Below, in pieces: positions 1 to 7,672 of a stretch of DNA of 61,853 nucleotides (position 1 is the first letter of the stretch; each line of letters starts with the position of its first letter). The stretch spans positions 1 through 61,853 of the forward strand of contig CAZFAL010000001.1 of assembly GCA_964516945.1 (NCBI GenBank). The letters are read 5' to 3'. Source of the DNA: an uncultured Ignavibacteriales bacterium. GTDB lineage: Bacteria; Zixibacteria; MSB-5A5; GN15; JACZUZ01. The notes under the pieces are model-generated. The model was given only the letters and a program-made list of their open reading frames with translations, had not been told where the DNA came from and did no database searches. The position numbers were made by a program, and so were the translations under genes.

Positions 1-444
1 GTTGTTGGATGTCAGGGTTATGTCGGTGAAACTTGCATCCCCGACACTTATTTTGAACGTTCCTGTGCCGAGAATATTCGCATTCTGATCATCAAAGCCC
101 TGTGAGGCGAGCTGATTATTACGCGCCAATTGTGTGACACGCACATCAAATGTACCGGGGATGGCGTTGTCCAACCCGCTGACTTCAACGCTGTCAGTAT
201 CCGACGACGTGATATTCATCTTGTCGAATGTCGCCGACTTGCCCAGGAGCCCGAGTTGTGACTGAATAGCGAGAAACTTGGCTTCGATGGCCTTATAGGC
301 CGAAACCATGTTTGTTTTCTCGGCCTGACGCACCTCAAGCAGACGGGCTGTGCCACGCTCGGCGTTGATAATCGCCTTAACAATGGCATTGGTATCCAAT
401 CCCGACGAGATACCGGTAATACTATTTGCGCCTACTCCTTGCAT
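1..444 (-). CDS. fliD: Flagellar filament cap protein FliD (HAP2), N-terminal part; the gene runs off the left window edge
   Basis: Not in the ORF track because it is open at the edge. Reverse complement from the ATG at 442-444 reads MQGVGANSITGISSGLDTNAIVKAIINAERGTARLLEVRQAEKTNMVSAYKAIEAKF...PGTFDVRVTQLARNNQLASQGF, a typical FliD N-terminus. A GAGGTG Shine-Dalgarno lies just upstream, and the gene sits directly downstream of flagellin. Confidence 0.85.
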   Translation of the reverse strand, partial: MQGVGANSITGISSGLDTNAIVKAIINAERGTARLLEVRQAEKTNMVSAYKAIEAKFLAIQSQLGLLGKSATFDKMNITSSDTDSVEVSGLDNAIPGTFDVRVTQLARNNQLASQGFDDQNANILGTGTFKISVGDASFTDITLTSNN

Positions 445-555
445 AACTCACCTCAGGTGAACCCTTGTTTGCATATACGTTTCAACAACTTAGGACGAAT
501 CGCCTCTCAGCGACCCGACCGGGAAGCGCAACTTTTGCACAGTCCCTCATTTCTT

Positions 556-582
556 GTATCGGCGGCGGGCAAGATATGTTTA
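556..582 (-). promoter_or_regulatory. Sigma28 (FliA)-type promoter for fliD
   Basis: Minus strand reads TAAA-CATATCTTGCCCGCC-GCCGATAC, against the TAAA-N15-GCCGATAA consensus with an exact 15-nt spacer. It lies about 110 nt upstream of the fliD ATG and just downstream of the fliC terminator. Confidence 0.6.
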
Positions 583-630
583 GTGTCAAAATTGAGTCCT
601 AATCCGGCCTTGTTCGAATCTGCTTGAACA

Positions 631-659
631 GAAAAGGGAGCCCTCAAATGAGGGCTCCC
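631..659 (-). terminator. Rho-independent terminator downstream of flagellin
   Basis: Minus strand reads GGGAGCCCUC-AUUU-GAGGGCUCCC followed by UUUUC. This is a 10-bp perfect GC-rich stem, about 57 nt after the fliC stop codon. Confidence 0.75.
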
Positions 660-715
660 TTCCGTTGATATCCATTCTTACCGCTTGCGCGGTTAAATGA
701 TTATCCGAACCGGTA

Positions 716-2896
716 CTATCTGAACAACGACAGCACTGCCTGTGGAATCTGGTTGGCCTGGGCAAGCATCGCGGTGCCGGCCTGGACCAGAATCTGGTTC
801 TTGGTGAACTCAGACATTTCCTTGGCGATATCCGTGTCACGGATATTCGACTCGGCGGCGGTCAGATTCTGTGAGGCAATACGCAGGTTACGCAGGTTGG
901 ATTCCAGAGTGTTCTTCTGGAAGCTACCAAGTGTACCACGTGTTTCGGACACCTCGTTAATCGCGGCGTCAATGACGGCCTGCGCATCCTGAGCGCCTGC
1001 GGCGGTTGTCACGTCGATAGCCGAGAGACTCGAGAACATATTACCGGCAAGGTTCTTGCCAAGTGACTTCGCGGCCATGCCACGCAGACCGATTGTGGCA
1101 GTCTGACCGACAGAGCCACCAATCTGGAAGACAAGTGACTGGTCAGTATTAAAGATGGTCTCGGTGCCACCGGTGGAGTTCAACGCATACTTCACCTTGA
1201 CAGACTGGGTGCGGTCGGCGCTGAAGATGTCAGCTTCCTTACCGGCTGTGACGGCTGTCGCCGGGCCGGCGTTCAAACGCACGTCAAACTTGGCGGCTTT
1301 AGCGTCAAGCAAAAGATTGCCGACATTGATACCCGTCTGGGCGCTGGCAATATTCATCTTGATTGTGCCAACGTTCGTCGAGCCGGTGGCCTTGTTCTGC
1401 AATGTGACCGCAGTGTTCGTCCCGGCATACTTCACCGAGCTGATAGTATTGGTGAAGTTATCAAAACTGACCAATGCATCGACACCGGCATTAGCAGTTG
1501 TGTCATTAGTCAAATTCAGGACATTCTCCAGATCGCCCTTGTCGCCATTGATGGCATTGTGTTTGATCTTGAACGCTGAACCTTCGTCACGAGTCGCAAA
1601 CTCAATCTGGTCACTCGATGCGCCAACGACTGTCGCTACGATATCATTGGCAGTGTTGTCACCCTGGACCTTGGCAAACGCTGTGCCCAATGCGGTATTG
1701 ATAGCAGTGTTCAAGGCTGCGACCGATGTGTATGTGTTTGCTGCGACAGTAACTGCGGCGGTTGTACCTGCGTTTGACGCTGTCGTGGCGGTAAAGTTCA
1801 ACACATTGTCTGAAACACCACGGTCAGAGGCGCCGGCCGTGAAGGTGAAGTAATTCGCAGTCGCGTCGTTGGATGCCGACGAAACTTTGAATGAATAGTT
1901 GGCGCCGATATTCTGTGCTTCAAAGCGCAGACTATTGGCATTGATTGAGGCGTTTACCTTACCGGTCAATGCGGCGTTCGCATTAATGGCGGTCTGGAAC
2001 TTCGAGGCGACCTGAGCGGATGTGTCACCTGCGGCGAGCGCGACTGTCAAAGTCTGATCGCCTGTGGTGGCTTCGCCATTTTCCTGATAGTTGATGACGA
2101 CGGTGTAGTTTCCGGCAGTTGAGGCATCCACGGTAGCGGCGCCGACTGTTGCGGCGGAATCCACATTGGCTTTGTCCGCTGCTGTGGCCAAAACGAGTGA
2201 ATTCGCAAATGCGTCAGTGATATTGATTTTGCCGGAAGTCTTCTTGGCAACGTCGGAAGCCTGAAGAACATCGATATTGTGAATCTTCTCTTCAAGGTTC
2301 GTCGGTGTGCCATTACCAACCAAAGACAGACCAAGCGACGTGGTGTTCAGAGTCGCGGTGGCGTCAGCGGTTTTTGTAGCTGTGATTGAATGTGTGCCGG
2401 ATTTCAAGTTTGATTGCTCAATCGAAACACCGGACGTGTTGGAGCTTGTGATGGTCGCGATGTTGTCTTTCGAACCGTCAAGCAGTTTCTTGGTGCCAAA
2501 CTCGGTGTTGGCGGCGATACGGTCGATCGTCTTCAGAGCGTTTCCAATTTCAGCCTGGTCAGCGGCGAGCTGATTGACATCGTTGAAACCCTCGTTGGCG
2601 GCGTGAATCGACAGCTCTCTCATGGAGACGAGCAATGAGTTGATTTCGGTTAACGCGCCTTCAGCGGTCTGGATCATGTTGATTGATCCTTCCGAGTTGT
2701 CAATCGCACGGTTAAGACCGGCAATCTGAGCGCGGAACTGTTCTGAAATTACGAGACCGGCCGGGTTATCGGCGGCTCTGTTGATCCGGAAACCTGAGGA
2801 CAGCTTCTCCATTGACTTGGAGAGCATGTTCGATGAATTGATCAGGTTTCTATTCGCGTTTAACGCGGTTACGTTGTGGTTAATACGAAGCGCCAT
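716..2896 (-). CDS. fliC: Flagellin, unusually large (726 aa)
   Basis: Conserved flagellin N-terminus (MALRINHNVTALNANRNL...LSSGFRINRAADNPAG) and C-terminus (...LRIASQNLTAAESNIRDTDIAKEMSEFTKNQILVQAGTAMLAQANQIPQAVLSLFR). The central region of about 490 aa is rich in Ala/Thr/Ser/Asn. An AAGGAGGAAG Shine-Dalgarno precedes the ATG. Confidence 0.95.
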   Translation of the reverse strand: MALRINHNVTALNANRNLINSSNMLSKSMEKLSSGFRINRAADNPAGLVISEQFRAQIAGLNRAIDNSEGSINMIQTAEGALTEINSLLVSMRELSIHAANEGFNDVNQLAADQAEIGNALKTIDRIAANTEFGTKKLLDGSKDNIATITSSNTSGVSIEQSNLKSGTHSITATKTADATATLNTTSLGLSLVGNGTPTNLEEKIHNIDVLQASDVAKKTSGKINITDAFANSLVLATAADKANVDSAATVGAATVDASTAGNYTVVINYQENGEATTGDQTLTVALAAGDTSAQVASKFQTAINANAALTGKVNASINANSLRFEAQNIGANYSFKVSSASNDATANYFTFTAGASDRGVSDNVLNFTATTASNAGTTAAVTVAANTYTSVAALNTAINTALGTAFAKVQGDNTANDIVATVVGASSDQIEFATRDEGSAFKIKHNAINGDKGDLENVLNLTNDTTANAGVDALVSFDNFTNTISSVKYAGTNTAVTLQNKATGSTNVGTIKMNIASAQTGINVGNLLLDAKAAKFDVRLNAGPATAVTAGKEADIFSADRTQSVKVKYALNSTGGTETIFNTDQSLVFQIGGSVGQTATIGLRGMAAKSLGKNLAGNMFSSLSAIDVTTAAGAQDAQAVIDAAINEVSETRGTLGSFQKNTLESNLRNLRIASQNLTAAESNIRDTDIAKEMSEFTKNQILVQAGTAMLAQANQIPQAVLSLFR

Positions 2897-2902
2897 TTCT
2901 GA

Positions 2903-3021
2903 CTTCCTCCTTGAATGACTCGCTAATTGCTTTAGTTTCTTGATTCAGTGCGAGCGCGCAGACGGTGTTACTTCCGGGTTGCTTACTTCTTCAAAAAGTC
3001 TACGCAGGAACATCCATGTTC
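2903..3021 (-). promoter_or_regulatory. Putative CsrA-binding elements in the flagellin leader
   Basis: One GGA lies inside the Shine-Dalgarno (AAGGAGGAAG, 2903-2912). A second GGA is presented in the loop of the hairpin GAAC-AUGGAU-GUUC (3008-3021). This two-site layout resembles the hag leader of B. subtilis, and csrA and fliW are both in this window. Confidence 0.35.
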
Positions 3022-3304
3022 ACTTCGGTCCTATCGTGTGACAATGGGCTTATTGCCCTCTTGAGTGCGTTTTCTGACGGTTTCAAGTGTGACGCAGCCA
3101 CAAGCGTCACTATAATCCCCTCTCCTCCTATACTTTACCGGTTTCCAATCTTTCTGATTTCTTTAGTCATATTTATCTTGATAGCTCTGCCTACTCATTG
3201 CGCTTACAAACATAAATACATGTTACTTTGTATAGCTTTCTCCTGTACAAACTTGCTAAACGGCCCTCCGGAATTAACCGAAGGTTGCCATGTATGTATC
3301 ATTT

Positions 3305-3331
3305 TTTTCGGCCAATTGGACAAAACCTTCA
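3305..3331 (-). promoter_or_regulatory. Candidate sigma28-like promoter far upstream of flagellin
   Basis: Minus strand reads TGAAGGTT-N11-GCCGAAAA, matching 13 of 16 positions of TAAAGTTT-N11-GCCGATAA with the correct spacing. If real, it implies a 5' leader of about 400 nt. It is weaker than the fliD and motA sites. Confidence 0.3.
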
Positions 3332-3469
3332 CTGTTTTCACAAGGAAAGTATATGAACCCGTTTGTTTACGAATCGAATAGATAATTATTGCCGCAAATG
3401 CGCAAATTTGTTCCAGAGTGGAACTCATTGGCCGTCACACCTTATACCAACGCTTGAATTCTGAAGCGA

Positions 3470-5986
3470 CTACGCTACAGTCTGGTCCTGGGGCTTTTCG
3501 TGAGTTTCAAGAGATTTGAGACGCTCATTGGCTATCCGGTGATTTGGATTCGCCGCGAGGAGACGCCGGTAACCAACCTTCGCGGCTTCGTCGCCACCGA
3601 GAGAGAGGTAACAATCAGACAATGCCAGCAGCGCCTCCTCATCGTCGGGAGACTCACGCAGCATTTGCTCATACACTTCCAGCGCCTCTCCCCCCCGGTT
3701 CAGCCGCAGGAGCAAAGCCCCGAGAATCAGGCGTGACTCACGATCATCCGGCGCAACCGGAGCATACTCCAATAGTCTGTCAACCGCCTCCGCATGAAGC
3801 CCGTTTCGCGCCAGCGCTATCGCGTAGTTGCGCATCAAATGCGCCGAGTGAGGATCTTCGGCAAGCGCTTTTACATACCATTCGCAGGCCTCAGCGTTGT
3901 TCTCAAGCATCAGATTTGCATCAGCCAGACCGGCCAACGTGCGACTATCAGTTGACGATAATTCCACGGCTTTCATAAACGAGTCCCGCGCCTGCTCTAT
4001 TTGTCCCAGAGACAGCTCAACACGCCCACACGCGCCACACAAAAATGCGTTTTCAGAGTCAAAGCCGCCGTTATCCTTCAGCAGTTGCAAGGCCTCTTTC
4101 GGGCGTGACAAATCAACGAGCAGATCACTATATCGCGCCAGAATCGCTTCGGAACCCGCTGTGGCCAGCAAGCCGTTGCGCAATGTGGCTTCAGCCGCAT
4201 CATATTCGCCACTATCAGCATAGGTTTCAACCAGACCAAGATATGCGGAATCCCGCTGCGGATATGCTTCAATGTCTTTTCTGAAACACTCCTGCGCTGT
4301 TTCCCTGCGAGAGAGACGGTAATACATCCAACCGGCGCGCGTATTGGCGTCGAGGTAATCGCTCTCTTCAGCAAGGGCCTGACGATAACGCTCAAGCGCC
4401 TCCTGATAGTTGGCCGACTGTTCGGCTATCAGACCCAGATTGTAATTGGCATTGGCGCGAGAGTTAAGATGTACAATAATCAACGTGTTGGTTTGCTGAT
4501 GCTCGGAATATGCCTCCTGCAATTCCAGATATTTCTGATAGTAGCTGACAGCTTCAGCATAGCGCTCCTGCAAGCGATAGACATGCGCCAGCATGATAAC
4601 GCAATCGAGATATGTCTCATCAATCCGCAACGCATGCAGACACGCCTCTTCGGCCTGCTGATAGTCGGCAAGGGCATAGAACGCTGTGGCAAGCTGGTGA
4701 TGCGCCATCAGATGAATACTGCCGAACTCCGGTGACTCCGGCTCAGTAAGTTCGATAACCTGCCCGGCGTGTTCAATTACTTTCTGACAATCACTCTCGC
4801 TCTCGAGATTACCGCGCGCTCGAATCAGTTGCGCCAGATTGAAATGCGCAAAAGCATTCTTTGGGTCTTCTGCGAGTTGTTTTTCCAGCAGAGCCAATGA
4901 ACGCTCATGTTTTTGTTTCATTTTTTCAGGCGACAGATCGTAGCCATGATGAAGTAAACCGACCGGGCAACGTAATTCTTTCATGTCCGGTTTGTAGTTC
5001 AGACGATTGTGCACAATCCCCTCGTATTGAAGCCCGAGATCACTCCGGAATATGCGGACTGAAGGCAGGAACGTTGCGCTTTTACCTGATCGTTCTGCGA
5101 CATTGTAAACCGTCAAAGACAGCAAATCGAATTCTGTCCTTTGCAGATACTCCTTCAGCTTCGGCGCATCCTCTTCGACAAGCCGTTCGTCGGCGTCAAT
5201 GATGAACACCCAGTCGGAAGTCGCCTGTGCAATTGAATAGTTGCGATGTTTGGAGAAATTACCTTCCCAGGGTTGATGAAATATCTTGCAGCCGAATGAT
5301 GCGGCAATTTCCACAGTTCTGTCATCAGAGCCGGTATCTACGAGAATAATCTCATCGGCTATATCGCGCACAGACAGCAGACAGTCCTCAAGGAACTCTT
5401 CCTCGTTTTTCACTATCATACACACTGAGACGGTCGGACGGTTTGTCACACCCTGTTGCATCATGCGCAACTCCGGTGAGCCGGGGACCATTTTCAGACC
5501 GGCGGAAACAATTCGAGAGGACAGTGAGCGCATGCCGAGACGGTGCGCCAGCTCGGCCCAGTGAATGTACGCGTCCTGAATCTGCGGATTGAGCTCAATG
5601 GCGGTCTCAAAACACAGCGCCGCGCGTTGAGATTTTTCGAGCTGGAGATAGCCCTGTCCCACAATATCAATGACAAAACCTGCATTGACACGACAGCGCT
5701 CTCTTTGCTTGAGCGAAGTCGACTTCTCCTGCGCCTCATCAATAGCAGAAAGAAAAGATTCACCCGCCCGACACACATCATCCCAGCGCGCAAGTTTTTG
5801 AAAGAGCAGTGTTGTCAAGAGAGCCGCTTCGCAGAGGTGTAATTTGCCAAACTCCGCTTCGGCTCCATTTTCGCGCCATTCACATAACTCATCGAAATGA
5901 GCGCGGCACAGACGCGCGTAATGCTCTTGCGCTTCCTTACTGTCAAAGTAAGGTGGTCGTTTTGAAAGACGGTTTTTTTTCGACAT
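3470..5986 (-). CDS. TPR-repeat / family-2 glycosyltransferase / TPR-repeat protein (838 aa); probable flagellin glycosyltransferase
   Basis: GT2 core at about aa 185-400 (VSVCMIVKNEEEFLEDCLLSVRDIADEIILVDTGSDDRT...FIIDADERL). TPR-like repeats flank it on both sides. It is located immediately upstream of flagellin. Confidence 0.8.
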   Translation of the reverse strand: MSKKNRLSKRPPYFDSKEAQEHYARLCRAHFDELCEWRENGAEAEFGKLHLCEAALLTTLLFQKLARWDDVCRAGESFLSAIDEAQEKSTSLKQRERCRVNAGFVIDIVGQGYLQLEKSQRAALCFETAIELNPQIQDAYIHWAELAHRLGMRSLSSRIVSAGLKMVPGSPELRMMQQGVTNRPTVSVCMIVKNEEEFLEDCLLSVRDIADEIILVDTGSDDRTVEIAASFGCKIFHQPWEGNFSKHRNYSIAQATSDWVFIIDADERLVEEDAPKLKEYLQRTEFDLLSLTVYNVAERSGKSATFLPSVRIFRSDLGLQYEGIVHNRLNYKPDMKELRCPVGLLHHGYDLSPEKMKQKHERSLALLEKQLAEDPKNAFAHFNLAQLIRARGNLESESDCQKVIEHAGQVIELTEPESPEFGSIHLMAHHQLATAFYALADYQQAEEACLHALRIDETYLDCVIMLAHVYRLQERYAEAVSYYQKYLELQEAYSEHQQTNTLIIVHLNSRANANYNLGLIAEQSANYQEALERYRQALAEESDYLDANTRAGWMYYRLSRRETAQECFRKDIEAYPQRDSAYLGLVETYADSGEYDAAEATLRNGLLATAGSEAILARYSDLLVDLSRPKEALQLLKDNGGFDSENAFLCGACGRVELSLGQIEQARDSFMKAVELSSTDSRTLAGLADANLMLENNAEACEWYVKALAEDPHSAHLMRNYAIALARNGLHAEAVDRLLEYAPVAPDDRESRLILGALLLRLNRGGEALEVYEQMLRESPDDEEALLALSDCYLSLGGDEAAKVGYRRLLAANPNHRIANERLKSLETHEKPQDQTVA

Positions 5987-6067
5987 TTCTATTCGTTGCG
6001 TTCTTCTTTGATGTTTTTCTCAACAATCCACACCGCCGGGGGCCTCATGTACCGAGACGCCGCCAGC

Positions 6068-7036
6068 TCAGGCCATCGCCGGTTGGCGCGTTGTTCCGGT
6101 GAGAACGCTTTTCTGCGGATTATTGACGCCATACTCCTCAATCATCCAGTCGATGGTTTTCGGCACACCTTCCTCAAGTGAGATATTCAGTTGATGGTCG
6201 AATTCATCCTGCGCCAGAGCGATTGCCGGGCGTTTGTTGACGATATTGTGTTTGTCCTCCGGCAAATATGTCACCAATGACGGATCAGCCCCGGTGTAAT
6301 CGAGAATGATATCAGAAAGTTCTTTGACTGAGCGATATTCCGAGCCGCCGATATTGTAGACCCGTCCGGGCGTGAAACGCTCGCAGACATTAGCCAATGT
6401 CGGGATGAAATCATCAATGTACATGAACACACGGTGATAACCTTCGAAAACTTCATACGGAATACCCATCAAGGCGCGATAACAAAAGAGACATACGACT
6501 GAGCGATACCGATGGTAGTGTTCCCCGGGACCGTAGGCGTTGAAGAACCTCAGACGCACTATCGGTGACTCAAAACGCTTTTCGAAGTTCATTATCTGCA
6601 CTTCATTGACCCATTTGGTTACCGCATAATCATTATGCTGAAGAATCGGTTTGTGCAACGGCAAATCTTCTGAAAGAATCTTCTCTTCAGACTCACCGTA
6701 GATTTCAGATGACGACGAAAAGATGAGCTTGAACCCCTTGCGTTTCTGCCATTCAAGAATGTTTCGCGTGCCGATTACATTCGTCGCCCAGAGCGTGTCA
6801 TAGTATTCCTCGCCATTGATGCGGCCAAACTCCGCCGCGAGATGATACACATAGTCATAGTTCTGCTCGAACACACGCTCAAGCTGGCGATAGTTGCTGA
6901 CATCAGCGCGGATATAGTTTTCCATCGCGTGATGTTGCAAATCACAACCCCAGACTTCATGTCCACGGTTCTGCAGTTCACGCACGAGCGGCTTCCCTAA
7001 GGTGCCCATGCATCCGGTTACGAGAATCTTTGCCAT
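6068..7036 (-). CDS. NAD-dependent sugar-nucleotide epimerase/dehydratase (extended SDR)
   Basis: N-terminal Rossmann motif (KILVTGCMGTLG) and a catalytic YxxxK (YAVTK). The 322-aa length is typical of sugar-nucleotide 4,6-dehydratases, epimerases and decarboxylases. Confidence 0.85.
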   Translation of the reverse strand: MAKILVTGCMGTLGKPLVRELQNRGHEVWGCDLQHHAMENYIRADVSNYRQLERVFEQNYDYVYHLAAEFGRINGEEYYDTLWATNVIGTRNILEWQKRKGFKLIFSSSSEIYGESEEKILSEDLPLHKPILQHNDYAVTKWVNEVQIMNFEKRFESPIVRLRFFNAYGPGEHYHRYRSVVCLFCYRALMGIPYEVFEGYHRVFMYIDDFIPTLANVCERFTPGRVYNIGGSEYRSVKELSDIILDYTGADPSLVTYLPEDKHNIVNKRPAIALAQDEFDHQLNISLEEGVPKTIDWMIEEYGVNNPQKSVLTGTTRQPAMA

Positions 7037-7084
7037 TGTTTTACACTCCTTGTATGATTCTTGTTCTTCTTATTCTACTATGGT

Positions 7085-7672
7085 TCATAATCTGCGAACC
7101 GCTACTATTGCACGTGAGTCACAGTCCGGTTTATCATCGAAGAAACCGTCTATTACTACCGTTGCGAATCCTAAGTTTTCAAACTCTTCCGGCTCCCATG
7201 AGCTCCGATGCAACTGATATTCCTCTCCGCCGAGGCCGAACGCATCGCCTTCCTGCGGATGATTCCCTGCGGGGCAGTGCACAAAAATGGTTTTCCTGCA
7301 AATACGTTCGACATCTTCAAGTAGCTTCAACGCTACAGGCTTACTGAGGTGTTCGATAAAATCAATCAACATCACTCCATCAAAGCTGTCCTGCGAGAAC
7401 AGCTCCGCCGCCTTTGTGGCGTCATAGCGAATCGCCACAACCGAAGTGTCGCAGATCCTTCGTTCAATGTAGGGCGCATGGACTTCAACCCCGACACGCA
7501 CTGCGGCGTTTACCGCATCAATCATTTCAAAATGCCCGGCTCCGAGTTCAAGCACAGACTTGCAGTCTTTCAGTTGCTCGCAAATAACCTGGATTATTTG
7601 ACCACGTTTTGATTCCGGTGTGGCATGTGAGGCCACAACGGGTTTCGGTTGTGCTATTACAGTCGGCATCAA
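7085..7672 (-). CDS. Class I SAM-dependent methyltransferase (195 aa)
   Basis: Motif I-like VLELGAGHF and a downstream acidic loop. There is a 4-nt overlap with the stop of the upstream 1196-aa gene, suggesting translational coupling. Confidence 0.6.
   Translation of the reverse strand: MMPTVIAQPKPVVASHATPESKRGQIIQVICEQLKDCKSVLELGAGHFEMIDAVNAAVRVGVEVHAPYIERRICDTSVVAIRYDATKAAELFSQDSFDGVMLIDFIEHLSKPVALKLLEDVERICRKTIFVHCPAGNHPQEGDAFGLGGEEYQLHRSSWEPEEFENLGFATVVIDGFFDDKPDCDSRAIVAVRRL

Noticed and set aside
1155-1853. 232-aa plus-strand ORF, together with similar long antisense ORFs at 12476-12961, 34477-35139, 36605-37582 and 46992-47780
   Set aside because: Each lies fully inside a strongly supported minus-strand gene (fliC, flgL, the kinase, cheB/cheA, der). 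Their translations are low-complexity (Ala/Ser/Pro/Val/Arg-rich) with no recognisable motif. These are typical shadow ORFs.
3401-3416. Sigma54-like CTGGAACAAATTTGCG upstream of flagellin
   Set aside because: The GG-to-GC spacing is 9 nt rather than 10. The TGGAAC belongs to a small hairpin (3410-3424) after the upstream gene. The site is more than 500 nt from the fliC ATG.
2965-3428. ORFs 2965-3381 (+, 138 aa) and 3204-3428 (-, 74 aa) in the region upstream of flagellin
   Set aside because: Neither has a Shine-Dalgarno. Their hydrophobic, Cys-rich composition is what AT-rich non-coding DNA produces. They overlap each other and the putative fliC leader. I treat the region as regulatory.
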